Assembly: GCA_950097015.1 (NCBI GenBank)
Contig: CATNEN010000007.1
Location: 2,790,001 to 2,854,000 of the forward strand
Source: Macrostomum hystrix
Lineage: Eukaryota; Animalia; Platyhelminthes
Direction of reading: 5' to 3'
Length of the DNA stretch: 64,000 nucleotides
The notes under the pieces: generated by a model
Told to the model about the DNA's origin: nothing
The model's database searches: none
What the model saw: the letters and a program-made list of their open reading frames with translations, nothing else
Position numbers and translations under genes: made by a program
Shown: one piece after another, positions 44,701-58,400 of the stretch
Position numbering within the stretch: the first letter of the stretch is position 1
Layout of the letters: each line of letters opens with the position of its first letter

Positions 44701-47177
44701 TACAAAGTGTTTAAGATTAGTTGTAGTTCTAATAAGCAACGCAATCACTAGAAATAACATTTCGCTTAGCTATACGAATTAAACAGTCAGATTTTCAGAG
44801 ATCCTTCACAGACTCACCTTGTAGGTCACAGCCACAATGCAAGTTGGCTTATCCTTCACTCTGGCTGCCTCGTCAAATCCGGCAGCCAGTTGTTCAACAT
44901 TGTGTCCGTCTAGTACAATGGCGTGCCAGCCGAATGCCTCCATGCGAGCCTTGTACACATCGGCCGAGTGCTGCAACGGCGTTGGATCCGATTGGCCCAG
45001 CCGGTTCACGTCGATGATGGCTACCAGATTGTCTAGCCGATAATGCGACGAGAACGCGGCCGCCTCCCAGATGCTGCCTTCGGCTGATTCGCCGTCACCG
45101 ATGACGCAATAGACGCGGTAGGTTAGCTTGTCCAGATGCTTGCCAGCATGAGCCATGCCAGCTGCGAAGCTTAGGCCCTGAATAATATTAACAATAGATT
45201 TTTAGACTGTATGACCGTTCCGTCTGACCAGTCTCTGTGACCTCTGAATATAGATTGCTGTACTTAAAATGACTCAGTCACAAAAATGGTCACATTGATC
45301 AGCCACATGCTGGCCAAAAAATGACCTTTTTTGTGACCGTTACCGTTCCGTTTAATACGGGTAATTAGATGACGTGGCATCTGACTATGAAACTGAGGGC
45401 ATTGTTACTCCTACTGTTTACTGGGGCGATAATTAGTAAGTCTTTGGCCATCGAACCTGTCCAAGCGATCCAGTGGCCACATCGATGAAGTTCAACCGAG
45501 GAGTCGGGTGGCCCTCCAGGTCGCTAGTGAGCTTGCGCAGGTTCAACAAATCGCTGGCCGGAAATAGGCCGGCCTCGGCCCAGGCCGAATAGAGGATTGG
45601 GGCGGCGTGGCCCTGCAATTAGAAGTTAGGGGCCTTAATCGAATGAGTAACAAGTGGCACAGCCGCAGCTATAGCTCATTCATATATAATCTTACCTTGG
45701 ACAGAATGAATCTATCATTGGTGTACAATTTTGGCTCCTTCACTGAGTACTTCATAGTGTGAAAGAATAATACAGACATAATCTCTGCCATGGAGGCGCA
45801 TGATGTTGGGTGCCTGAAATGCAATGCTTAGAGAGTAATTTATTCGCTTAAATGTTTTCATTTTGATATAAATTAATTAAACTGCATTGCTGCTAATAGA
45901 TGGTCTAAATAAAACGGTATAGAAAATTGAAAACAAGAAAAGACATGACACTTGATATATCTAGCTAGATCATATGAAACCAGATCTTGTGAAATATTAT
46001 TCTTTTAAATTTTCTAAAATAGTCTTTATTATTTTTGTGCCAACCTAATGTATATTCAGGCTATGGCTAGGGCTTATGCTTGAACATGCAGGTAATGATA
46101 CAAAGGGGACAATAAATATATGGTTTTTAAGACTCCAAACTTTAGCTACTCTTGAAGCCAGGGGTTCAAAATGAGGCTTGCAAAGCATGCTAAGGTTCTG
46201 CACACTATGTTATATCTACACTCTTACTTTTCTGACTATTTTGGCAATCTGAAAAATAACTATCCATTATCTCTTAGTCTTAATACTAACAGCAAGAATA
46301 GACCCAAGCTAAATTTGAAAACCAATCAAATTAGGTCACTTTTGACTCCTAGTTCCTTAGCATCCTAGAATAAGCATTTTAGCTATCTAAAACCTGAAAA
46401 TTTTGGCCATTCTTTTGGAATTGTTCATTAAAAACTGTCCTTCTGAAAAGTTTTTTTTCAAATTGATGTGACAACTTGGAATTTTGATCATGACGGTTGC
46501 TTTTTTTGTATTTAGTGACCTTGGGCTGCTTCTGGGGTTCCGGGGAACTTGTCTGTGGCAAATGTTCAGTGTGGGGGGGATAAAAGCAAAATGGTCAACA
46601 CTATTGGGAGTGTCTATGACCAAAAGGGATGGGCTGGTTAGTGAGAGAAGTATTAACACATTTGCTAACATACTCTACTATTTTTCTACCATTCACTAAT
46701 TCATAAGCAAACAAATGGTTGTGGTAGCTAGCTAGGTAGCAAGCATAAATTAAAGTGGAAGATGCATTGATATGCTTAAAGTGACAAAGGTTAAGCAATT
46801 CTATCATGCATGACTAGGTTTGATAGCTTTTACATAGCCAGCTATACTTACGGCTATATTGAATTAAATGTTGGATAGCTAGCTAGTTATTAGCTAACTG
46901 TTCGCACTTATTAGAAGCCACCTATTTTAAGCCTTTTGTAGACTGTATTCGTAATACAACACTTCTTAATATCTATAATGAATATATAAAAGAGAGGCCA
47001 GTACACTTAATTACATCAGGAAGAGCCAAAACTACAAACGCAACATTTTTTTTTGTTATTTAGGCCTTTGCAGCTTTTTTAAACTCACCCGCTGTTCGAT
47101 GCATTTGTAGCATTCACACTATGGACGCGAAGACGATCGGCCATAAGACGCAGTTTGTTAGCTCGTTCAACATCCAT
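38769..47177 (-). CDS. TKT: Transketolase; exons 47177-47089, 45813-45696, 45612-45457, 45177-44818, 41625-41284, 40552-40106, 39125-38769 (622 aa)
   Basis: [45 protein letters not shown] (TPP motif), [33 protein letters not shown] and TVEDHY match animal TKT. All splice phases are consistent and the length is near human TKT. Confidence 0.96.
39177..39918. repeat. 20-bp minisatellite in TKT intron 6
   Basis: CCTTAGTAAATCTCTGACAC units. Confidence 0.96.
40637..41160. repeat. 14-bp minisatellite in TKT intron 5
   Basis: CAGTCATAGAGAAT units. Confidence 0.95.
41670..44370. repeat. 2.7-kb 50-bp satellite in TKT intron 4
   Basis: TCATAGTTCTGAATAAGGAGYTTGTGATCTTGCAATACTATGAGYGATGG, about 54 copies. 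Confidence 0.97.
44382..44681. mobile_element. MITE family B, complete copy with TTAA at both ends
   Basis: TTAA(44378-81) CAGTAGAACTACCAAG ... CTTGGTAGTCCTACTG TTAA(44682-85). The 16-bp TIR has one mismatch. Confidence 0.85.
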
Positions 47178-47659
47178 TTCGAGTCACAAGGGAGAATGAT
47201 TTTAACCAACAACGAAAAAATCTCAGACAATATGCTAATAGGCCTACTTCTTCCTCTTACTGCACTTATTATATAGATCAGGACTTGCGGCGTAAAAACC
47301 CAAACGATAAATTTGAATTCGTGCAGGAAATGGATAGGCTATAATTTCGTCCTACACGCATAGACGTGATTTGATGCTTGGGTGTAAAAAACTTATACGT
47401 TCTCGACTCGTTCTAGTGAATAGCACCACTAGAAGTAGAACAGGATGTAGAACAGAAATATACTCATAGTGGTCCCTGGTGAATAAGTAGATTAAAGCGG
47501 TATTGTCTATTAGAAACCTAGTTTTCAAATGAAACATTTTTGGGGAATTTGGGGCCATGTTTCACAGTGAAAATAAAAGCTTCTTAGAGAGTGTGGACGA
47601 CAGGTACGCCGGGATTCATTGTCGTCCACCTTCTTGGCAGATCCCACTCTCGATTTTCG

Positions 47660-47952
47660 CTCATCCTGGATCCTACACGCTTGGGTGATGAAAATTTTCG
47701 GCTTTGCCAAACCTTCGAGTTTGACCTTCCCTCCATCGCTTTCCCAAGATACAGCCCAAGCTTTCCGAGGCTCCGATCGCGCACAGTAGGAAGGCGTCAA
47801 AGCGTTCGTAGGCTCCCAACTTGCATTCGTGCGTCAGCATGCTGATTGTCAAAAGGGGCTTCCAGGTGGATCTTCACGTGGAAGCCTAACTTACAAAATG
47901 CATCGTACAAACCATTCTCACTCAAGTCATTCATAGCACCGTCGTGACGCTT
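47660..47952 (-). pseudogene. Degenerate caspase p20 fragment with two frameshifts
   Basis: Minus-strand frames give RHDGAMND..LYDAFCKLGFHVKIH, then AYERFDAFLLCAIG..GCILG, then SDGGKVKLEGLAKPKIFITQACR. Order and motifs follow the caspase large subunit (KPKxFIxQACR). Confidence 0.65.
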
Positions 47953-48065
47953 CTGCTTATCAGGAAGTCAACGGACGATTAATCAACATGGCAACACACC
48001 GATAAGGGTATCGGTTTCGCATCGGGTATCGATCCCCCCGATAGATATCGCCGCCGCAATATTTC

Positions 48066-48301
48066 AAGCCTTTTGTAGACTGTATTCGTGATACAACACT
48101 TCTTAATAGCTATAATGAATATATAAAAGAGAGGCCAGTACATGTAATTACACCAGGAAGAGCCAAAACTACAAACGCAACATATTTTTGTTATTTAGGC
48201 CTTTGCAGCTTTTTTAAACTCACCCGCTGTTCGATGCATTTGTAGCATTCACACTATGGACGCGAAGACGATCGGCCATAAGACGCAGTTTGTTAGCTCG
48301 T
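48066..48301 (-). other. Local duplicate of most of TKT exon 1 plus the start of intron 1 (copy of 46929-47166)
   Basis: Near-identical sequence read directly. It retains the GTGAGT donor but lacks the first ATG and first codons. Confidence 0.92.
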
Positions 48302-49481
48302 TTGTTAGCTTAATTAATTGATATCATGCCGCCTTTGCTTGTCGGATTTGGGCTTTAGCATTTAGCGAAATTAAACAAACTTACTTTTTTTAATCGAATC
48401 TGTTTGCGCTTAGTTCTAGTATGTGACATGTTTGGATGTTTGTGAACGTTATAATCTAGGTGAGTAGCTTTCTTTGTTATTTGATGCGTTTTTTATTTTC
48501 GTAGTTGCAAATATTGCTTACAACACAATTCAAATTGAAATGATCAATTATCGCACGTGAACCGTTTACTGTTGTAGAATATTGTAATCGGGGCTTGAAA
48601 ATATTATTTTTATATAGATTCAGTTTTTATCAATTATGTCTTGCTAGTAACTGCAACAAAACTGTCAAAAGTATTTCTTTTATAAAAGTTTTAAATATTT
48701 ACTCAATGTGTCACTGTGTGACTATAAAGGAAAGGTGGAACAATAAGTTTTATGTGTTTGATATTTTAATGTCTAAACGAATATATTAGGCCCTAGCTAT
48801 TTTAGTTATTAATATATTTTTATGTCGTATTTGAAAAAACTGACATAGTCGTAGATGTTAATCGTCTACAAATTTTCCTCTTACTGGGACTAACAACCTG
48901 AGAATTCAGAGAAAATCTGAGCAATTTTTTTGTGACAAGAATTCTCTAATGAGGATTTTTCTGAGTTTTTACAGCTTTTTGTCATACTAGATGCTTATAG
49001 GTGTTAAGAGTCAAAGTAATAGAAGTCATTTGGATATTTTTATACATAGTTTTTTATTAGTTCACTTACAGTTAAGTTTGTTAATGGTAGGTTTTTAGTA
49101 TTGAATTTATGTATTGATTCATAGTGTAATTAAAAATAAGTTATGTAAAAATCTATGATTTTTGGGAAACGGTAGTACTTTAATTGTAATTAAATATTTA
49201 AATTATAATGTAAGCTAAGTTGTAAGCATATATAGGTTTGGAGATGGAAAATGCTGATAAAATGAAAAGCCTTAACTTTATACTATAATTTAAAATATAT
49301 TTAATCGAAAACCGATTCGCACAAGTTTTTTTTATTTAAAGTTCCAGCTTGAGTTAGCGAGTCTTTCCAATCTCCTGGCGATTGGAGAGCGAGAATAGAC
49401 AGCAGCAGCAGCAGCAGCAACAGCAGCGTAAGAGAGCAACTGGCAGTAAAATAGAAAGTAAATTATATTTATTGTTTAATC

Positions 49482-52400
49482 ATGTGGCAAAAGTTTTCGC
49501 CGGCGCCACAGCTGTCACTCCTGCTGTGGGCAACATTAGGCTGCATTGGCGCTGCAGCGGCCCTATCTGGCGATGCGGCTGCTTCGGCAGCCTGTCCGGA
49601 GCCCGGCCGTCCTGGCATCTTGAACTCGGACCAGCCCAGGCAGCCGTACGTCGGCGACCGCCTGATCCTGCGATGCTGCCTGCAGCGACCAGCCGCTAAC
49701 GCTGAAGATTCGAGCATCGGCGGAGTCGTCTGGTTCACGCCGACCGGAGTTCGCGTCGGCTACCTGGGCGTGAACTCACCACAGCAGGGCGCCTTCATCC
49801 TGTCCGAGTCCGCCGGCTCCCTGCACTCGGCCGTGCTGGTCCTGACCAGCGTCGAGCGTCAGCAGCACAATGGCGACTTCGTCTGCAGGGACGCCGACTC
49901 GTTGTCTTCGTCCGGTGGCGGAGCCTCGGCCACGGTGCGGGTGATTGTGCGGGACCGGCTGCAACTCGCAGCGCCGTCTGTGCAGTGGCTGCGCGCTGGC
50001 TCGCCGGGTCAGCTGCTCTGCCGCGCCAGTCCGGCAACAGCCAGCGTCGCCTGGTACCGCGGCCGGGAGCGACTGCCGGCTGACGGTGAGAACACCGGAG
50101 CCACCGCTGGCTTTATTATGGCCAGCGGCCTTTCTCTCTCTTTCAGATAGAAATCCTCAATTTAATTGAAAGTTAAGAGAAAAAATCACATTAAGTGAAT
50201 ATGATTGTGTCATTTTGCCATTATTTGATTAAAAGCTTGCAGCCCAGTGGTTGAGTTGTTAGAGCTCCGGAATTATGATTGAGAGGTCGGGAGTTCGATT
50301 CTCATCTCAGGGGAAGAAATTTGTCTTTGAAGAAGTCAGCTTTGTATTAGGGACTTGAGAAGAAATCCACGGGACTTTGACTTTCTAAAAAAGCCTTGCC
50401 ACTAAATGCAGGCGAAAGCAGCAGCCCTTTGCTCAGTCGAGTTCGCTTAGCAGACGCCGGTGCGTACGCTTGCAAAGGCGAACTTTCGACCTCAACTATC
50501 GACGGAGTCGACGTCGGCGAATCCAGCATCGACGTAGCTGTTGTTGAAGTCCGAGTCTACCAGACTCCCAGCGTCACTCTGGGCCCGACGACCGTCGGCG
50601 GCGTCAAAGCTTTGCAAGGCCGGGTTGGCGAGTTCGAATGCGTGGCCGAGTCCTGGCCGGCGCCTCGCATCGACTGGCTGATTGACAATCGCAGCATCGA
50701 CGCCTCGGACCCCGCCACCGTGGCTCGGTTCGCCTACGCCAGCCGGCCGGTCAACTACAGCGGCGGCAACGTCGGCGGAATCGGCAGCGTCGCGAATCAG
50801 CCAGTGCGCATGCGGTCGCTATTGAAGGCGTTTAATTTTCTAGGCGACAATCCGGAGGCTGACGATCGCAGCGCCGGCCAACTGCCCAGCTGGCAGCGGC
50901 GAGTGCCCGATTTCACCTGCCAGGCCGTGCTGTCAGTGCCCGATGTGGTCATTGAGACAGCCAGGCAGAGGTGGGTTGTTAGCTGCTATGCAACTGTTAT
51001 TTGGATTATTTATTGCGGAACAAGAGTCTGGAGGAAAGGACAGTGGATTCGCCGGATTAGCGGTTGCGGATTAAGTATCTGGAGGAAGGGAACAGTGAAT
51101 TGTTTGGATTAGCAGTTGCGGATTAAGTATCTGGAGGAAGGGAACAGTGAATTGTTTGGATTAGCAGTTGCGGATTAAGTATCTGGAGGAAGGGAACCGT
51201 GAATTGGTTGGATTAGCAGTTGCGGATTAAGTATCTGGAGGAAGGGGACAGTGAATTGGTTGGATTAGCAGTTGCGGATTAAGTATCTGGAAGAAGGGAA
51301 CAGTGAATTGGTTGGATTAGCAGTTGCGGATTAAGTATCTGGAGGAAGGGAACAGTGAATTGGTTGGATTAGCAGTTGCGGATTAAGTATCTGGAGGAAG
51401 GGAACAGTGAATTGGTTGGATTAGCAGTTGCGGATTAAGTATCTGGAGGAAAGGAACAGTGAATTGGTTGGATTAGCAGTTGCGGATTAAGTATCTGGAG
51501 GAAAGGAACAGTGAATTGGTTGGATTAGCAGTTGCGGATTAAGTATCTGGAAGAAGGGAACAGTGAATTTGTTGGATTATCAGTTGCGGATTAAGTATCT
51601 GGAGGAAGGGAACTGTGAATTGGTTGGATTAGTAGTTGCGGATTAAGTATCTGGAGAAAGAGAACAGTGAATTGGTTGGATTAGCAGTTGCGGATTAAGT
51701 ATCTGGAGGAAGGGAACAGTGAATTAGTTGGATTAGCAGTTGCGGATTAAGTATCTGGAGGAAAGGAACAGGAACAGTTGGATTAGCAGTATCGGAGTAG
51801 GATTCAACGTTAACATAATAATTATGATTATGTTTATAGGACATGATAGATTCTAGATAATTTCCATTAAATGTGAGTAGGCACTTTTAAACTGATCACA
51901 AATGATATCAAGTACCTAGGAAAACATGCTATGTACTCAGAACTTGAATGCGTGGGATCACAATCGTACATGCTGACCTGAGTAGACTGGGTAGACTGCG
52001 GAAGTGAGACTTAAACGTAGGAGGGAGGGGAACAACAGAGTCGGGCTTGTGAGCTGGTTGCTGATGAGAGTGGACTTTTCCAAGTTCCTCATCGATTCCT
52101 CCTTATCCTCATGAGTTGCCGCATGCCCCCCTCACTCCGCACTGACCGCGGAGCTCAAGGCGGAGGCTGGGGAGGATGAGACCTCTCACGGAAACGGCAA
52201 ACTCTCGCCCGCCATAGTCGTCTTGCCTCGCCTCCTCGCCGGCCTACCCACCCCAACCTCCACCCTGGTCAGGGGAATAGGATTTGAGTTGAGTTGTCCC
52301 TTCTGCTACTCGGGCGGGCCGTCTTCAAACAGGAGTCAGTGCGAGTCCTGCTAGTCTGTCTGTCAGCTTGTCCAGGGTCTCCGCCAATTTGCTATGTACT

Positions 52401-55400
52401 TTTATGAGTACTTCTGCCCTATCTAGCAGATTGAAGATGCTGACAATGTTAACAGTTCGGCAGCACTTGACTGCACCCAGTCTTGTCATGTTGACCGACC
52501 TGTTGAATATGAGCGTTTGGAATGATCACCTAGGATGGAACGGAGTGGGTAATGCACCACTGTAGGATGGAAGAGGGTGGGTAAAGACTCACTGTAGGAT
52601 AGAAGAGGGTGAGTAAATACCCACTGATGGATGAGTGAGAGGGAGTGGGTAATGACCCACTGTATAATGAGTGAGAGGGAGTGGGTAATGACCCACTGTA
52701 TAATGAGTGAGAGGGAGTGGGTAATGATCCAATGTATAATGAGTGAGAGGTGGGTAATGACCCACTGTATAATGAGTGAGAGGGAGTGGTTAATGACCCA
52801 CCGTAGGGTAGGAGGGTGAGGGCAATGACCCACTGTAGGGTGAGAGGGAGTGGGTAATGACCCACTGTAGGGTGAGAGGGAGTGGGTAATGACTCACTGT
52901 AGGATGGGTGAGAGGGAGTGGGTAATGACCCACCGTAGGATGGGAGGGAGAGGGTAATGACCCACTCAAGAATAGGCGAGAGTGAAAAACGATAGTACGA
53001 GAAAAATGCCATTATCTATTTTACTTCTTTGGCTTTGGCCGTTGGACAAGTACTTTACAAGGAGGCAGACCTGCGGCACATTGTGGTGTACTTTCCATCC
53101 CGCGCCCCATCTCTCTGCTTCATCATGCCGAAAAAATCATGTTTCCTATCAATTCGCATCGAAAGAATGGCACCCGTTTGTTTGGCCCCAGCCCCACCTA
53201 CGCCGCCCTGTCTCACCATTGAGCCGTCAACAGGGGCTGAGGGGTTGGAGATTATCCCAAAGCTGCTTCTGTCTGCTCTTCCCTTGGGAAATGCAGAAAA
53301 ATAGATGGGATTGAGACTGGCTGAGAGGGGCTGCAGTTTCTGAGGATATGGAGAGGTGTTTTCCTTGCTGTTACCCGGGCTCAAAATAAAATCAAGGCAT
53401 GCAACGCAGCTAGGAAATTTTCAATTCAAACTAATTTTGAACAGGACTGAGCTGTCACATTCGCGAAAATTTGATTCCTTTAAATTAATTTTTGCACTCC
53501 ATGCTTACAGAAAGGCATTATGGACTGTCTTAAATCTACTTTCATCTGCATAAAATCTCATGTCTATACGAATTTCACGAAGTGTTCCGAAATTCAAAAA
53601 ATCTCATCTTTTTTATCAAGTCACGAGATTATGTAATATTCCAATAAATCACGCGAAATTTCTGAAGATCGTTTAATATTCCAAGAATTTTTTTCGAAGT
53701 TCCTGCAAATTTAAAAAAATTCCTGGAAAATTTCTATAGTTTTAGAAAGTATTTAAAAATTCCTAGGATATTTTGAAGTTCCATGAAATATTTTAAAATT
53801 CCAGGAAATCTTAAAAAATGCCAGGAAATATTTTTAATTTTCAAGGAATTCCAGGAAAAAATTGTTAAAAGTTCTAAAAATGTCCAGTAAAAAGTCCCTG
53901 AAATTTCAAATATCTCCGATGCTCACAAATTGTTAACTTTTTCTGAAAAATTTTATTTTCGTTTGATTTTTATATCCAGAAAAACATTTTTTTTGAATAC
54001 TATCAAATTATCTGAAGGCTGTGCTGGGTTGCCAAAAATATTTCAGTATTAATAACAAATGCTCAAACGAAGAACAGCCCTTGAGCATGTCAGAATCTGA
54101 TTAATGACTGATGCCCCATCGATAAGTGGGGATTTTTTGATTGCCATGTAAACCAAGCTAAATATAACAGACCGGTGATGAGTTCCCAGGACTCGAGTCG
54201 ACTATGCACAACAAGTCACAGCCGCAGCCCTGGATGCCTTTGCTCCACCTCTCTTTGCCTTCTCATTATCTCTTCTTCCTCCTCGCTGACTTACTGACTG
54301 TTTTTCCTTCTCCCAGGCTCCAGGAATCACCCCGCGAGTGTTACCTTTAAGGAGAAAAGAGAAAATTGGTGACTGGATTTTTATGAAATAGAGAGAGACG
54401 AGCTGAGGATAATTGAACAAGAGAACAACGAATTTTCTTTCAGTGAGGGAGTGTAACATGTGTCTATTGTTTTAACAAAGTGCAAACAATCAAGACCAAT
54501 AAAGTTTCAATTTATCCAAAAATTTGCAGAAATGTCAAATTGCATGAAATTTAAAATTCTTAGAAATATGAGATTCTAAGAAATGTTCGATTCGTATTTT
54601 TTTTGTCTGAGGTATTTTAATTGTGCAAAATTTATTTTCTTCTAAAACATCAAATTCTCGGAAATTGACGGATCTCCAAGAGTTTGCACGCGGTTGTCGC
54701 CAGCCTATTTATTCTATAAGCGTGCAGCAATTAGGAATTATAGAGAAAGTTTTCCGCATCCAGATTAATGTGGGCAGTGAAATCCTATGGAAACCTGATC
54801 CCAGCCAATTCTTTAGCGAGATCTCGGCTCAGTTTTATTACCTGACCAGGCTCATGCGCCTCATCTCCCCATCTCCCCCTGTCTCGTCTTGAGCACAATC
54901 TCAACTACCTGGAATGAATCGCATGCCAATATCGATTAGCACTTGTCCATCAACAGCCTTTCAATCATGCACGCCCTGCTAACTGCGGACCTCCCATTGC
55001 GGCGATGAGGAAACTGGGGCCTGGGCTGTCCTGAGCTGCCCTGGGTTCTCACAGCATACACAAAAGCTTAGATCAGTTTTCACACGCACACACAGTGCAT
55101 GGACTGCTTCGATTATTGTTGCTCAACTTATTCAAGCCAGCCCAGCGCATTAGTTGTTGTCACGGCTTAGAGATGCTTCTGGGGCATGGGCTTTGGGTTT
55201 CAATGAGTATATATGCTTCAAGGTGGGCGCACAGCTTATTTTACGGAATTAATTCACTGGAATTGAGCAAACATAGTTGCGTGTCCTTAAAACCAAATTG
55301 AGACACTAGTCTTTACTCGTAATTTTTTGGCAAGCTACCCATGTGTCAATATTTAAAGTTCAAAGCCAGAATTCATACTACTTATCTTTGCCCGTTTTCG

Positions 55401-58400
55401 TCCATCTCCGTCGGTTTTCGTCCCTTCCTAGATAGATAATTTACACCACACCCCAAACCCTCTTCGTCGGTTTTCGTCCCTCCCTAGATAGATAATGTAC
55501 ACCCACCCCAAACCCTCTTCGTCGGCTTTCGTCCCTCCCTAGATAGATAATGTACACCCACCCCAAACCCTCTTCGTCGGTTTTCGTCCCTCCCTAGATA
55601 GATAATGTACACCCACCCCAAACCCTCTTCGTCGGATTTCGTCCCTCTCTAGATAGATAATGTACACCCACCCCAAGCCCTTTTCTTCCGGTTTTCTTCC
55701 CCCCCTTAATAGAAAATGTAAAGTAATGTACGTCCCTGTGAAAACGAATGTACATTCCTACAAACCCGATTCCCAAAGAATTGTACACACAGAGCGACAT
55801 CGCCCACCCCATCTCTGGTCGCCAGTTTCGTGCCCCAGGTGGTGTACAAGCCGCAGATATCACCAACCTGGCAGCAGGACCTGTTCGCCACTGGCACAGT
55901 TGGCGGCAGCGCAAGTCTAGTCTGCCAGGCGGACGGCCCGGATCCGGCGGAGATTCAGCTGCGCTTCATGCGCGGCAATTTGGCCGTTGGCAACAATGGA
56001 CTGTCGGGGCGAGTCACGCTAACAGAAGAGCGAGGCCCCAACTTTGCCAGACTGAAGATGCAGCTTGTCGGTGAGAGCCCGACCTCCGCCTGGCATTGCT
56101 AATTAACGAATGCACAAATCTAATTTCCTCCCAGCCTTCTAAAAATACTCTCTTATTTATTGCTCCTAGTAGAAGAATCAAGTATCAATATCGCTCCTTC
56201 TCTGCGATGCCGGGAACATATTTTTTATTTGACTCATAAAGGAAGAGAATGAGTGTGCTCAGCAGAATCCAGCTACTCCGACCGTTCCATTTCGGCTTTA
56301 CGGCGAGTGTGTTTTACCGTCTCCTTTATTCCTCATCTTTCTCTCTCTCTCTCCTCTCCTCTCCATCTGCTCCTTTCTCATTTGCCAAACTGACTGTGAG
56401 CAAAACCGAGCTGAGTACGAGAGGTGGGCAGATGATAGGTAGCGAGCGAGCGAGTTTCGGCTCACGGTTTGAATTTGAGCCGAATTTCCGATACACTTAC
56501 TTTCCACTGAGTAAGGGAAGAGAGAAAATGAGCGAGTGAGCACAGGTGAGCACAGGCTTGAGCAGCGGCGGTGGAAGCGAGGCAGGCTAATTTTGCCTAA
56601 TAGCTGTTAGTAGCTGGCCTTGGCTGGCGAGAGTTAAGCTGCGGTCCAATGAATACTGAGATGAGACTGTGCTCACCCTTTTAGTTCTACTGAGACTGTG
56701 CTCACCCTTTTAGTTCTACTGAGACTGTGCTCACCCTTTTAGTTCTACTGAGACTGTGCTGGCTGGAATTTCACTTCATTGTCCTGCAGCGGAAATGATA
56801 GTCATTGCGGATCGAGTCAACTCACTATTTCTCCTTCTCATCTCCATATTTCCCATCTCCATATTTCCCATCTTCATATTTCCCATCTCCCTCGTTCCCA
56901 TCTCCCTCCTTCCCATTTCCCTACATCCATCTCCCTCCTTCCCATCTCCATCCATCCCATCTCCCTCCTTCCCATCTCCCTCCTTCCCATCTCCCTCCAT
57001 CCCATCTCCCTCCATCCCATCTCCCTCCTTCCCATCTCCCTCCATCCCATCTCCCTCCATCCCATCTCCATCCATCCCATCTCCCTCCTTCCCATCTCCC
57101 TCCTTCCCATCTCCCTCCTTCCCATCTCCCTCCATCCCATCTCCCTCCATCCCATCTCCCTCCATCCCATCTCCCTCCTTCCCATCTCCCTCCTTCCCAT
57201 CTCCATCCTTCCCATCTCCCTCCACCCATCTCCCTCCATCCATCTCCCTCCATCCATCTCCCTCCATCCCATCTCCCTCCTTCCCACCTTCCTTTTCTCT
57301 CCTTCCCTCTCCCTGTCCTTCCATGTCTCCCCTACCCCACCCTCTCTGTGCACGCACTTCCTTCCCAAAGATGGGCTAGTGGAAGTTTGCAGGCTGCATC
57401 CATCTGTCTTAAATACGCTACTCTTCCCTTCCTAATCAATCATGGACGCCTAAACTAATCTAAATAAAGTGAGGCTCATCACTTGTCTATTACGTTTTAT
57501 TGCGAAATTCTTATCGCAAAAAGTCAATCAATCAATCGAGAAAATGTAGGTTCGAAAAATATTATTGATTAAAATTGCATGGAACTGAAATTGTGTTTAT
57601 TTAGCAAGCATTACAGAATTAAACGCAATCTTTAAGACTTCAATCAAGACCTTCATCGACCTTTCATGACCCTCACCGACCCTTCAAGACCTTTACCAAC
57701 CCTTCAAGACCTTCAACAACCCTTCAAGATATTCTGCAGTCCTTCACCGACCCTTCAAGACCTTCAACGACCCTTCAAGAACTCAACCAACCGTTTAAGA
57801 CCCGTCATAATATTCGCACAATCCATCCAGATCTTCGCCGAACAGACGCCGGTGAATTCGTCTGTGTCGCCGCCACAGCTGCCGGCTCCGTCACCCGAGT
57901 CGGCCGTCTGGACGTTCAATACGCGCCGAGAATATTGGAGCCAAGGGCTCCAGTCCGTGTGTACACCTGGCATCAGCACCCGACTGAGATTACCTGTACG
58001 GCTAGCGGCCGACCTTCGCCTGAGTTCACCTGGGAGCTGAACGGACTGCCGCTGTCGATGTCAGCGCAACCGACCTACCGAGCCACCAGCCGACGCCTGG
58101 CCAGCAACGGCGATGAAAACGGCGAGGAAGTTTTTATCGCCGAGCTGAGCTTCTCGCCGACCGTCTCGAGCGGCTACGGCAGCTACGCCTGCCGGGTAGC
58201 CAACAATGTCGGCTGGGTCAGGTCGCCGCCAATCGACGTGTTTGAAGCTCGACGACCCGGTACGCCGGACATTGTGATCGATACCGGCCGGTCGTCGCCG
58301 ACCTCGCTAGTGTTCAGCCTGATCCCGCCGGCTGACACTGGCGGAGCCCCGCTGTCCGGCTATGAGATCGCCTACCGCGTTAACGACGGGCCCGAGATTG

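Noticed and set aside
52000-55300. Short ORFs and splice-like signals on the minus strand inside intron 2 of the Ig gene (possible nested gene)
   Set aside because: No phase-consistent exon chain or recognisable protein could be assembled.
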